The position numbers were made by a program, and so were the translations under genes. The notes under the pieces are model-generated. The model saw only the letters and a program-made list of their open reading frames with translations. It did no database searches and was not told where the DNA came from. Below, in pieces: positions 33,891 to 45,600 of a DNA stretch of 64,000 nt (within the stretch, counting starts at the first letter, position 1; each line of letters begins with the position of its first letter). The DNA is from Epithemia pelagica. Lineage: Eukaryota > Protista > Bacillariophyta. Where the stretch lies: NCBI GenBank assembly GCA_946965045.2, contig OX337238.1:620001-684000 (forward strand). The letters run 5' to 3'.

Positions 33891-36800
33891 TTAGGTCCCC
33901 AACAAATCGTTCAACGCCTGTTCCACATTGTTGTCATACTTGCTCAAGGCGGCCACAACCAATTCTGGATCAAAGTCCATGGCCACCAAACTCGCCACCT
34001 TTTCATCATCCACTCCCTGTGGTTGTTGTTGTTGTCGCGGTGACATGGACCGTGCGACAGCACCCGCCGCATGATTCGTTGGATTCCCAAAGGAGGAGGA
34101 GGAAGATGACGACAAGTGTCGGGGAGAGGGCGATTCCATGCCGCGCGGTTCGGGCAAGGAGGAATGGGATTGTTGCGGCATTGACGCTTGTTCGGTCGTC
34201 CATTCCGTACGACCATTCGGGGTGGTGGGAGCAAACCGTACCGAGGAGGGTCGACGACGAGGTTCAATCGTCAAGCTACTACTACTTCCCATCATGGGAG
34301 AAGAAGAAGAAAAGGAGCTCGGCGACGCCATGCCATGTGTTAATGGCGGTTGATGGGAGGACTTTCGAAGGATGCTGGTTCTGTGGTGAGAATGGTTCTC
34401 TTGCTGCTGTGTAGGATCATGCATCATGGGACTGTTGCTCGTTCTCAGAATACTAGTCCCTCGACAACTGGTTTCAGGCGAGGAGCGTGGACTTTGTTCG
34501 TAAGGTGGCACGGTTCCAACCAATGGCACGGATGAGCCTGTTACAGATGCGGCAATGGTGGAGTCATGGCTGAGGTCGTGACTGTCCGAGTGGTCTTGGG
34601 ATGGTGCTTGTCGTCCGTGTTGTGGAAGAAGAGTTGCATCCGTGCCAGTGGCAGTGTGGTCATGGTCGTCGTCGTGGCTCGAAGTATCATTCGTAGTAGT
34701 AGTATTGTTGTTGGTTTGCTGTTCTTGATCGGCTTGGGCCAATTGGGCCGCCATTTCGGCATCCTTGGCTTCCTGGTCGCGAATGGCCACTTGATCGTCG
34801 TATTCGTATCGTTCAATGGCAAACCGTGTCGATACTTCCGACACTTGTTGCAAGAGTTTTTGCAATTTGGGTATCACGCCTTGATAAAAGGCTTCTCCCT
34901 GTTGCCAATGCGTTGTGAATTGTTCCATTTCTTCCAAGGCTTCTTCCACCATGATCAAGGCGCGTTCGGCCGCCGCGGCCGACGAGGAGGACGAAGAGGA
35001 TGCGGACGAGGACGAGGATGATGCGGTTCGTGCCGCGGAAGAATGATAGCGATGATAGTACGGATTTCCTTGGGCTTGTGTGGCGGCCGCCATGGCATTT
35101 TCAACCACTTGATCATGTTCTTGTTGTGGTTCATTCTCATTGTCGTCATCCGTCACGGCTGCCGCAGCAGCGGCGGCGACTGCGACTCGAGGCGATTCCT
35201 CCTCGTCGTCGTCATCATCCTGGTTGGCTTGGTGGTCCTCCAAGGGTGCTCGTTTGCTACTGCTGGGTTTGCCCGACTCGGCGGCCACCAATTGGGTAAA
35301 GACTGTGTTTTCCTCCAAAATGGCGTGCATCAAGGTGGTTTGTTCTTGCACATTGGTCGCAATCTCGTGCAAGACGGATTGAATTTGGGGTTGCGTGTCC
35401 TGCATCAACCTTTGCCACTCGTGTTCATAGTTTGTGTCGTCCTCCTCCGAGTTATTCTTCCACGTCCACAAGTGTTGCGTCACGTGCGCCAAGGCTTGTT
35501 TCATCGAAAGTGGCAATTGGTCTTGGACCAACTCGTGTCGCTGTTGCAACAAGGTGGACAAGTCCACCAATTTGGTATGCAATCGTTCCATACACGTTTG
35601 CAATTCCAACGACAACACTACGGGTGCTTGGTCGGCTTCCCCATGAGTATTCCAGGAGGGTACCAACGTTTTGGTGGTGGTTGTGGTTGTGGATCGAGAA
35701 TTCTTTTTTCCACCATGATGACCATGACCATTGCTGCGGTTGTTCCTGCTCCGATTCCGCTTCTTGGACGAGACGACGAGTCGTTCCAATTGTCCCCATG
35801 TCAATTGGGACAGCAATTGAATTTTGGGATTGGTGGGTGAAAAAAAGTCGAGCCCGGATCCAAACAAGACTTGATCGCCGCCTTGGGCGGCCGAATCCAA
35901 GAGGGCTTGATATTGTTGGACGGAATGCCAATACCTTTCTTGCAAGGCTTCAATTTCGGCTTGACGACTGTGGTAATGGGGTTGGCGTTCGTGCGCAAAG
36001 GACCGTTCCAACTCGACGGTTTGGTCCAATTGCGTTTGCACGTCCTGAATCAAGCCATGGGCTTGTTGGGCAAAATCGCGCAATTCCCACAAGCCCTGTT
36101 GCAATTCACTCAATCCCACCAAGCCATTGTTGTGATTGTTAGGATTGTTGTTGTGGTGTGGCACGACGGAGGAGGACGACGACGAGGCTTGCGGTCCACA
36201 TTGAATGCGTTGGACACGATGCCACAGCTGGAGGGCATAGTCGTGTTCCGAATTGGTATTGTTGGAATGGGTATTGGTGCTCCAACTGGAGGAACCCGTG
36301 GAGGAGGAATACTGCGTGGCGGCGGCGACGGACGTGGTGGTGGTGGCGGTCGACCAGGAGGCTTCGTCCCACACTTGCTGCTGCTGCGATTGTTGTTGTT
36401 GTTGCTGCGATTTTTGGTGCTGGTGTTGCAAGGCCGTCAAGGCGTGGGGCAAGTGCACATCGGCCAATTGCTGTCGCGCTTGTTCGGTGGACCGTTCCGT
36501 TGAATGCACCGTCTGTTGCCACAAGGCGTGCAATTCTGTTTCCCATTCGGTCCGTCGTTGCTGTGCCAGTCGAGACAGGACGGGAAATAACGGTCGTTGT
36601 GGTGGTTGGTCTTGTGGTTGCGTCGTTGTGCTGGACGACGACGTCGACAACAGTCGTTGGAGGACGGGACCGGGTTGGACTTGGACCAAGGTTTGGGGCG
36701 AAATTTCCGTCACGTGGGGTGGTGGTGTAGTGAGATTGGTGGACGACACGCCACTCGCATCCACTCCTGCCACGTCCCCCAATACTGTCAACAAACGTTG

Positions 36801-38747
36801 TTCCAACTCGTGCATGGCTTGCCGGTGGGGTTCCATCCACTCGTGCCATTCGCGGGCATACCAGAGGGCCAACCGTGTCGCATGCGTAGTTTGACTTGGA
36901 GGATTGTCCTTGTGGCGGTTGGTGGAATGACCCATTTCGTTCCACTCGTTGCATGTTTGTTGGTGGACCAAGGGCAAGGCGCGATGTTGCAAGCGCCAGA
37001 GGGCGGCTTGGACATGGGGATTGTTGCTGTTGGTAGTGTTGGTGGTAGAATCTGTTGTTGCCGTCGTAGTGGTATTGGTATTGGCCAAGGCCTTGGTGGA
37101 TTGGACCGTGGCTTGATGGTATTCGGCCAAGGCGGTCAAGGAGTGTTGCCAGGCGCGACACCACTGGGCATTGGGATTTGGATGGTTGTGGTGATTGGTT
37201 TGGGCCAGTGCGGCGGCTTGTCGATAGAGGGGCACGGCGCCGGCGGCCAATTTGGCCATCATGAGGGGAGAGGGTCGCGGAGCCAAGACGACAAATTGGT
37301 AGGCCGCTCGTTGGGCTTCGGCCATCATCCAGGCTTCGTAAAAGGCGAGATTGTCAAAGGCATTCGGATTGTGGTTCTGATTGTCGTTGTCACGAGAATC
37401 CGGTGTTTCTTGCTGTGGTTGCTGCTCTTGTGGTTGTTGCTGCAAGGTTGTCCTTGTGGTGCTGGTTCGCACGGATTGCAGATAGGACGCGGCCGTTTGC
37501 CAATGCGTACCGGCTTCCTTGTAATGGCGGCGGGGAACCGTACGACTCGAATCCTTTGTAGTATTGGAAGAGGCATCCTTGTCCGTTCCATTTCCATGAT
37601 GCAACAAGAGGCGGGCTTGTTCGAGTTCCCACACGGCCAAATTCCAATAGACATGACTCTGTTCCCAGTGCAGGACCGATTGCCACTGCTTCCAGGCCGT
37701 ACTGTGGTTTGGAGTGTGGGGTCGTGTCCACACGACTGCATCGTTCGTGTCCTTTGCATTGTTGTTGTCGTTGGTCCAGGGCAAGGACAAGAGAGGAATG
37801 ATTTTGGTGGTGGAAGTTTTTGTTGGTGTTTCTGGCGGCTCCTCCTCCTGTTCCTCGGCCAAGAGTGCCTGCAATTCCTCGTGGCAGGCATGGAGTAACT
37901 GGGCATAGTCCTTCAACGCCTCGTGGACCTGCTTCAACATCAACATGTTGTTGTCGTTGTTGTCGTTGTTGTCGTTGTGGTGGTGGTTGTCGGGAGCTGC
38001 AGCAGGAGGATTTTGGTCGGCGGCGGGCGTTGGACGGTTCTGGTTCTTCCTCCAGGCTTGAATGGTGTGACCCACGTGGTGTCGACCGTCTTGCAATTGC
38101 TGCCACGCCTGTTGCGTCTGTACCAGCACACTTGTCGTCGTGGTCATTGTCGTTTGGTCCCACCAGGCGGGTCCGTCCGACCGCCAAGTACCGTCGCCGC
38201 CACCACCCGTTGGATCCTGGTCCCGCTGTTGTTTCTTGTGGTTCTTGTCAGGATTCGTAGCTGTAGGAGTGATGGTGGTAGTGGGCACATGCCACGACGG
38301 GAATTCCAACAAGCAGCACCCGTCATTACCATTCTCCTCCTCCTCCTCCTCTGTTGTCGTGGTTGTGGTGATTGTGGGTTGATGTGGCGGTGGTGGTGCT
38401 GTTGTCCTGGCAAGATCCCGTTCGAGTGGTGGTTCACGCATGAATGGATGATTCGAAACAGGAGTGTGTTTCAACACTGAAGAAGAACAAGAAGAAGAAG
38501 AAGATGATGATGACTTGTGGTGGTGGTGGTGGTCGTTGTGTGGGAGATCGGCTTGTGGTACTGGTGATTGTGGTGGGGGATTGGAGTGTGGCAGGACCTC
38601 CTCCTCTTGAGCCGTAAGTGTTGTCGTCGTTGTGTATGTTGTGGCTGTTGCAGAAGGGTTGGCCGTCGCAGTCGAACTCATTGGAGATGACGACGATGAG
38701 TCCATGACTGTGGGAATCCTTCGGGTGGTCGTCGTTGTGGTTGCCAT
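33891..38747 (-). CDS. ALIX/Bro1-family ESCRT adaptor (BRO1 + V domain + C-terminal UBA) with many low-complexity insertions (1618 aa)
   Basis: WEQSHVYWNLA (cf. BRO1 FEKASVLFN), LPHALTAL, V-domain end QQGEAFYQGVIPKLQKL, and C-terminal VDDEKVASLVAMDFDPELVVAALSKYDNNVEQALNDLL (UBA). Confidence 0.72.
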   Translation of the reverse strand: MATTTTTTRRIPTVMDSSSSSPMSSTATANPSATATTYTTTTTLTAQEEEVLPHSNPPPQSPVPQADLPHNDHHHHHKSSSSSSSSCSSSVLKHTPVSNHPFMREPPLERDLARTTAPPPPHQPTITTTTTTEEEEEENGNDGCCLLEFPSWHVPTTTITPTATNPDKNHKKQQRDQDPTGGGGDGTWRSDGPAWWDQTTMTTTTSVLVQTQQAWQQLQDGRHHVGHTIQAWRKNQNRPTPAADQNPPAAAPDNHHHNDNNDNNDNNMLMLKQVHEALKDYAQLLHACHEELQALLAEEQEEEPPETPTKTSTTKIIPLLSLPWTNDNNNAKDTNDAVVWTRPHTPNHSTAWKQWQSVLHWEQSHVYWNLAVWELEQARLLLHHGNGTDKDASSNTTKDSSRTVPRRHYKEAGTHWQTAASYLQSVRTSTTRTTLQQQPQEQQPQQETPDSRDNDNQNHNPNAFDNLAFYEAWMMAEAQRAAYQFVVLAPRPSPLMMAKLAAGAVPLYRQAAALAQTNHHNHPNPNAQWCRAWQHSLTALAEYHQATVQSTKALANTNTTTTATTDSTTNTTNSNNPHVQAALWRLQHRALPLVHQQTCNEWNEMGHSTNRHKDNPPSQTTHATRLALWYAREWHEWMEPHRQAMHELEQRLLTVLGDVAGVDASGVSSTNLTTPPPHVTEISPQTLVQVQPGPVLQRLLSTSSSSTTTQPQDQPPQRPLFPVLSRLAQQRRTEWETELHALWQQTVHSTERSTEQARQQLADVHLPHALTALQHQHQKSQQQQQQSQQQQVWDEASWSTATTTTSVAAATQYSSSTGSSSWSTNTHSNNTNSEHDYALQLWHRVQRIQCGPQASSSSSSVVPHHNNNPNNHNNGLVGLSELQQGLWELRDFAQQAHGLIQDVQTQLDQTVELERSFAHERQPHYHSRQAEIEALQERYWHSVQQYQALLDSAAQGGDQVLFGSGLDFFSPTNPKIQLLSQLTWGQLERLVVSSKKRNRSRNNRSNGHGHHGGKKNSRSTTTTTTKTLVPSWNTHGEADQAPVVLSLELQTCMERLHTKLVDLSTLLQQRHELVQDQLPLSMKQALAHVTQHLWTWKNNSEEDDTNYEHEWQRLMQDTQPQIQSVLHEIATNVQEQTTLMHAILEENTVFTQLVAAESGKPSSSKRAPLEDHQANQDDDDDEEESPRVAVAAAAAAAVTDDDNENEPQQEHDQVVENAMAAATQAQGNPYYHRYHSSAARTASSSSSSASSSSSSSAAAAERALIMVEEALEEMEQFTTHWQQGEAFYQGVIPKLQKLLQQVSEVSTRFAIERYEYDDQVAIRDQEAKDAEMAAQLAQADQEQQTNNNTTTTNDTSSHDDDHDHTATGTDATLLPQHGRQAPSQDHSDSHDLSHDSTIAASVTGSSVPLVGTVPPYEQSPRSSPETSCRGTSILRTSNSPMMHDPTQQQENHSHHRTSILRKSSHQPPLTHGMASPSSFSSSSPMMGSSSSLTIEPRRRPSSVRFAPTTPNGRTEWTTEQASMPQQSHSSLPEPRGMESPSPRHLSSSSSSSFGNPTNHAAGAVARSMSPRQQQQPQGVDDEKVASLVAMDFDPELVVAALSKYDNNVEQALNDLLGT

Positions 38748-39319
38748 GATGATGAGAGCCGAATTCAGCTGTTGTGGATCAAGAGTCTTTCTCCTTGTGT
38801 GTGTTTTGCTCTTGTTCTGCTGAGAGAGAGAAGGAACGAGGATGGAGTAGAGGTCTGGAGAATGACTCTAGTACGTTGTATATAGGATGGAGGAAGAGAC
38901 GGAACAGGAGGCGGTGTAGTGGGTATCCTCCATCTCTCTCCGCTTCGTCGCTCGCTATCTCGGTGTGTGGGTGGGTTGTTGTTGTGCCTGCAGATAAGAG
39001 TCGCTATATTTCTATCCATGCACAGTCTCACTTTTTCTCTCTTGTGTATGTGTGGCCGGCCGTTCGGAAGCGTCCGCGAAAGAGTACGAGTCGGGTTGGG
39101 TCGTGCTGGGAATCCGCCGGGGAGTTCCAAGAAAGAGCAAGTGTGACTGGGAGCGTATTGGTGAGTTTGACGGACAGTTTTGAACCGACAGTACCGACAT
39201 GGACGTACGTCACATCCATCATTCGCCGGAATGACAGCCATCCATCAGCGCAGAGCAAAGAACAAATCCAAAGATCCTTTCTCGTAAGGAAGCAAGCAAC
39301 ATTTATATACACAACGACC

Positions 39320-40931
39320 ATGACGGAACCAACGACCGGTACGTGCGATTGTGAGACCAAAAATGACCAGGCCTCTTTTGCTTTGTGGGAGGAACAAAAA
39401 TCTCCGTCGTTATTGAATCTTCTAAGGCTCACCACCTCCTCTGCCTCGTGTTGCATGGTGAATGGTGCTGCATCGTGTCCCGTCTTGAGCAGCAGCTTCC
39501 AAGACAACCACGACGGCCGCCGGCGCTCGCGGTGGCTTGTTTGGAGCCGGCGGTCGCTTTCAAGGCGGAACCGATCCCATTATGGAACAATTCAATCAAT
39601 CCTTATCCTTTGATCAACGCATGTGGGCGCAAGATTTGCGCGGCAGTCAAGCCTATGCCAAGGGATTATTGGACATTCGCATTATCACGCAACACGAACA
39701 CGATGAATTGCAACGTGGCTTGCAACTCGTGTACGACGAATGGCAAGCTGGCACCTTTGTGACGCAACCGGGCGACGAGGACATTCATACGGCCAATGAA
39801 CGGCGCTTGACCGAACTGATTGGCAAGGACATTGGTGGCAAGTTGCATACGGGACGATCCCGCAACGATCAAGTCGCGACCGATACCCGCTTGTGGACCG
39901 TTCAGGCGCAGCGTACCATTGTGCAGCAATTGCACGAATTGTTGCTCGTGGGATGTCGTCATGCCGAACAATACGTCGAGTTGCTCATGGCGGGATATAC
40001 CCATTTGCAACCAGCCCAACCCATTCGATACAGTCATTGGATGTGCAGTCACTTGACACCCCTCGTTCGCGATGCCCAACGATTGCAAGAAATCATGCCG
40101 CGGACCAATGTGTGTCCCCTGGGAACCGGGGCCTTGGCCGGACATGCCTTTGGTATCAATCGACACTTGTTGCAAGACGAATTGGGCTTTGAATCATTGA
40201 CCTTGAATTCGTTGGATTCCGTCTGCGATCGGGATTTTGTCGTGGAATTCTTGTTTTGGAGTACCTTGCTCTTGACCCATTTGAGTCAATGGGCCGAAGA
40301 TTTGATTATTACCAACTTGCAACGCGGCGTGGTCATTGACGATGCCTATGCGACGGGTTCCTCCTTGATGCCGCAAAAGAAAAATCCCGATGCCCTGGAA
40401 TTGTTACGGGGCAAGGTGGGCATGGCCCTGGGTCGGACCGTGGCCTTGATTACCACCCTCAAGGGCTTGCCCCGGGCCTACAATAAAGATTTGCAAGAAG
40501 ATAAAGTGCCCCTCTTTGAAATGGTGGATACCGTTCAAGATTGTTTGGCCATTGCCACGGGCGTCTTGGCCACGTTAAAACCCCAAGGTCCCGCCTTGGA
40601 ACAAGCCCTGTGTCCGGAAATGTTGGCGACGGACGTGGCCGATTATTTGGTCCGCAAGGGTGTGCCCTTTCGAGAAACGCATCATATTAGTGGTGCTTGT
40701 GTTCGAATGGCCGAAGAACAAGGAATTGCTCTCAATGCCTTGACCTTGGAGCAGTTGCAACAAATTGATGCGCGATTCGAGGCCGATATTGCGCACGTGT
40801 GGAATTATCAAGCCAGTGTCGAACGCAAAACCTCCAAGGGCGGAACCGCCAAGGCGGCCGTCCTCGAGCAAATTCAAACGATTCGAGACTTTTGTCAAGG
40901 CTTGAAAACGACCGACACTCAAGAAGAATAA
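39320..40931 (+). CDS. ASL: Argininosuccinate lyase, join(39320..39338,39493..40931), ~485 aa, no targeting peptide (cytosolic)
   Basis: HTGRSRNDQVATD, AGYTHLQPAQP and GSSLMPQKKNPD signatures. The upstream frame is closed at tga 39486, so a 19-nt first exon (gtacgt donor at 39339) is required. Confidence 0.95.
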
Positions 40932-41493
40932 CAACAACAAGAAGCCTCGTGTTGTAGTTTGGAAACGAGTGTCGGGACTCGCTCTCTCTCTCGCTCTCTC
41001 TGGGAAACACAAGGAAACAAACGACTCTGGAACACAACCATATGTTATACTAGGTAAATCACCAAAGGGTCTCGAAGAATGTTTTCTATTGGACTCTATG
41101 GTCTATGGTCTTTTAAACTACCTTACTCGTCTGCGTTTGTAGAGAGTCTCACGGACATTGCCAAACCTACCTAACTACCTACCTTCCTACCAAAGACATT
41201 GCCCTAGATTTTGGTCGCCATCGCTCAATAGACGCGACCGAACAGCGGCAAAAAACATCATCAAAACCTCCGGATCCGGGGGAGGAAGTTTTGTCTTGTG
41301 GCCGGAACGATGGACTTTCGCCCACACACACAAGAGTTAAAAGTTGTCTAGCAAAGAGGGGACGCATGGTAGGCCATAGGAGTACATGCGTCGGAGGGTA
41401 AGGCCATGCGCACGATTATGACAACGTACCACCTGTCTTACACTGCAATTTGCAATACTTGCCAGAGCTCTATGACCCTTCCACGGCGGGAGA

Positions 41494-42208
41494 AGTTAAG
41501 ACATAGCTATTCTACAACGTCTGTATCCGATCAACTAGTCCAGCTAGCACACCTAGTTTATCGTCCAGGTTTGAGACATCTGTTACAAACCGCTGCATGC
41601 GACACAAACCTTGACGTGTATCTAAGATTCATTACGTGTACTTAAATAGAAGTAGGCCGTTGAACGGACAGACGGACCCGCAACAGGAATTTGTGGATAA
41701 GCATAACTATGCCCTCTACTATCCGGAAGAGATGTACGCTGGACGAGCTACACTCGGAAGTAAGGGCTACATAAATCGAGGATCCAGAAAAGAACGTGAT
41801 CCTCGAGAATAGAACTTGATCTTCATCAACAGGAGATCCAACCCAAGATGGAACACATTCCTCTATGGAGTAGAACAAGTTCTATTAGTCCCTAATCGTA
41901 GCTCCATAGTACTTGTCCACTGAAGTAAGGAATACGCTCCTCATGTACGACTAGATTTTGGGGGATGATGACCGAACGATCCGAGAGGAGCCAAACCATC
42001 TCAAGATGAAAAACACAATCTTTAGTTTAATCTCACTTCTTTATAAACATCCAGTTTGATAACCGAACTTGTTTTGTAACGGAGGAGTCGACCTATTACG
42101 CTGATAGAAGGTGAGGGCCCCATCGTCTATTGTGCATATAGGTTGACCTAGAGAAACTACTGTATCTAACTCTATCGTCTAGAGTTAGCTTTTCACCCAC
42201 CTTTAACT
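41494..42208 (+). repeat. 5' LTR (715 bp), termini AGTTAA...TTAACT
   Basis: Matches 51131-51845 with no difference seen by eye. The ORF track gives the identical 78-aa antisense ORF in both copies at offset 9637. Confidence 0.96.
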
Positions 42209-42222
42209 GGTTATTGAGCCCA
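42209..42222 (+). promoter_or_regulatory. Primer-binding site GGTTATTGAGCCCA, half-tRNA(iMet)-type
   Basis: Abuts the 5' LTR. Equals the complement of the tRNAiMet anticodon arm (GGTTATGAGCCC) plus one extra T. Confidence 0.7.
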
Positions 42223-42603
42223 AACAGAGGCTGACGAACCCTACGCTTTTATCTGTCGATCGATCCCAAGGACAAGACATCGAGCTTGTCCCTTCTACTA
42301 GCTCTGGTGGATTATTGCGTCTACCCGACCGCTTTGCGCGCTGAAGCTATTTAGCTTCTCCCTGATTCCAGCTCCAACACGGCTGACGACCAAGACTCCC
42401 CAACCTCCTCCAGTGGAGTGGGAAGTTTCGACTTACTATCCTCCTTTGATTCCGACGAACAACCCCAGCAAGAAACCACTGTCACTGATACAGGAGTTAC
42501 AGGGGCGCGGATTGAAAACAACGAGGAGGACACCAACAACGACCAACAAACCGGTAGATTGCAAAACTCCGACGGGTTGATTGGTGAGTCAAGACAAACA
42601 AGC

Positions 42604-45600
42604 ATGACCGAGGAGGAGGACGCTCCACCCACTGTGTTTAAGCCGACCAAGCCTAAGATCGGCGGCATCTTCCAGAGCAAACGAGATGAGTTTGTCATCT
42701 GGACTGGCGGGAAACCCAAAGCAGATTGGAAAGGGTTAGACCCAACCGCAAGACAAGAATACCTGCGTGCACTTCAAGTACGTACCTTCAACGACAAGCG
42801 GTTCAAGGACCGAGTGACAGGACCTGAAGACAAGTTTGACAAAAAGAAAGGAGACTTTAGTCGATTGAAGGACGACATTGAGCAACACCTTGTCATGCAT
42901 GGCATGGACTCGATCGCGTACTTACGTAATCCCCTTGATCCTACCGAAATGCTCTTCATTGTGACTGAACATCCCAAATACACTCCCAGCAAGGTCAAGG
43001 AGTTGATGGACGTGCAGATGACTCAGTACGATCAGTATGATCGCAACAATGATGTGAGCGCACGAGATTTCCTGTTCGACTGTCTTGAAAAGGGATTCAG
43101 AAGGGAAGTGCAGGATCAAGCACGGGACGTCAAATCGTTCCCCGAGCTTTTCATGGTGCTCGTAAAAATAGTAACCCATGACTCACCGCAGCACTGGGAA
43201 CAGGTGAAGAAAGATATGAGAGGATTACTCCCTCAAAAATATCCGGGCCAAGACATAATGGCACTCACCAAAGACTTCTCGCAGAAGGCGCGACCGCTGA
43301 TCGCCGCTGGGTTGTATGATCACACCCTGACCGCTAGCTTGATGACCAATATACTACGTGCCGAGTGGCCAGACACTCCCAAGTTTGAGCTCATGTACTT
43401 GGCCAAGAATCTAAACGACACCATCATTGAAGTTCGCTTCCAGGATCGCACCACTGCTGATCTGAAAATGCGAAAAGAAAAGCTGTGGTATACCGATATC
43501 ATTGAAACAGCAAACACAAAATATTTGGTTAGTGTCAAGGATGGCGAGTGGCGCCCCAAGCAGCATGCCACTGACTCCAAAGCGCCACCTACCTCGTTTG
43601 GAGCAAACAAAGCAATCGCGAAAACTACTCCGTCCCCTCGACAGAATCGCAGTAGTGGTCATAAGGGTGCCATGACCCAGGCAAGCTTGAATGCCCTCAT
43701 CAATTCGCTGAAACACCCGCCTGGCCATAACCCCACCCCTTCTCCATCCACTGGACCACGCAATCCCTCGACCGGTCACCGCGACAAGGGGGGAAAGAAG
43801 AAACCCCAACACAAAAAGAATATGACTCGAGTTGACCGTTCAAAGGTGCATCCGTGGCGGCTTGTGCCTCCGGCCTCTCATGAACCTGAATCCATGATCG
43901 TAGACGGGGTTATGTATTATTGGTGTGCCATCTGTAAACGATGGAATGACACCCATGGGACCGCCAAGCATATTGTTGGATACAAGAAAAACAAGCACGG
44001 TACCAAGGAATCCCGAGCCCACAAGCTCGAGTTTGATGTGTCCGCTTGGAAAACGGAGTTTGATTGTTGTGTGCTTTGTCATGACCAAGACTGTAATGCC
44101 AACGACTGGAAAGATCTTCCAGATTGCATGTCTCTTGAAGAAGACGACAAAGGATATACCAATACACAGGACTTCGACTTGTGCGCCTTTGTCATGCAAT
44201 GCGACTTCATGGAAGTACACGGAACCAACATGATTCAGCACCCAGTCAACAATCCCAACTTTGATCACCACTCGGCAGACACATCCTCCCTGGAATGGTC
44301 CTCCCATTCAAATAAGGATCCTCCACAGAACCAAGAAGAAACAAATTGTTGTGTGGACCACATCACCGAAGAACGGAAAACAGAGGGAGGAACTCCTCTG
44401 GGGTTGATTGTTGGGTCTGGAGAGTCAATTGTTGCATCCGATGAGTCCTTCCCTTCTCTACCACCTCTCGTACGTTGTCACTGCTGTGAAAAGAGATGTG
44501 GTAGTGAGACAGAAGCCGAAGCAAATACATTGTATTTCGACGAATGGGAGGATATCAACTCCTGGTATGACACATCAAGCAAGAACCAAAACATGGACAC
44601 GGATCTAAGCATGGCCATCCAAACTGTTGAAGCAAACACAGCTGCACACGAAGCGAGCTTTGACAGCTCTCAACTCAACCTTGGTAGTGACGACACACAT
44701 ATGCGTTCCCACAACACAACAATGAGCTCGATCCTCGATACGACACAGGACAGCTCGGTTTTGAGCGATGACAATATCTCAATGACCCCTCTCAAGAACT
44801 TGCAGAGAGGAGAGATTGCAAGTGGTGAGGAACAGGAGGATAGGAAACCTGCAGCAATGCAACCAGATATCTCACCTATCCAGATGGACCACACTTCACC
44901 TCCTCGACTCATTCTCCAACCTCGTCCTTCTGTGAGAACTTTAGAAGAATGGGCAAGAAGCTTTCAACCAGGACTACGTCCTCCTGCAACAGATCCACGG
45001 ATCTCCATAGAAGAAGAAGCAGCAAAAGCAAGACGAGACGGAATGCGTTATGAGAGAGCGCAGTACACCGTTTACGCTCTGCAACATCAAGAGCCAAAAC
45101 TTACCATCTCACAGGCCTACCAAAGAGTAAAGAACGAAGAATGGTACCTTGGATGGTATTTGGATGGTACGAGGATTCCACACCACCCAAATCCAGCTCC
45201 TGTCTGGCCTGGACTCGAGATTCAATCCGATCCACCACCTTGCCTTCTTCGGGCTCGCATTATGGAACATCGACCAATTGAACGAGGATACCATGCACAA
45301 TTTGTTGCCCTTCTCAATCAAAGCAACGCCACGCCGTCACCAGTCAATATCTCAGATCCGCCCTCTGTAAATCTCAGTTCAAGAAGCAAGGCATGTGAGA
45401 CTTTGGAACAGCAAGCAGAGGACATGGCTGACACAGCTGATGGAGAACGATCTTTCTCCTCGACGTCGTTCGTCGACACAAGCAATCTTGGAGAACAATA
45501 CGTTCCCACTGACGCTTCTCACACAACAAACGAAACAGATATCACTTACCCACGCATCAATCCCTTTGCGCAATACTATGCCAAGATGGCACTCATTGAG

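Noticed and set aside
35043-37898. Long plus-strand ORFs (265, 210, 433 aa), and similar ORFs at 55380-56603(-), 58177-59226(-) and 61399-62712(+)
   Set aside because: Antisense shadows of GC-rich, low-complexity coding regions, with V/L/G-rich composition and no motifs.
41642-41878. 78-aa antisense ORF duplicated at 51279-51515
   Set aside because: It lies inside the LTRs. The duplication only reflects LTR identity, and there is no coding signature.
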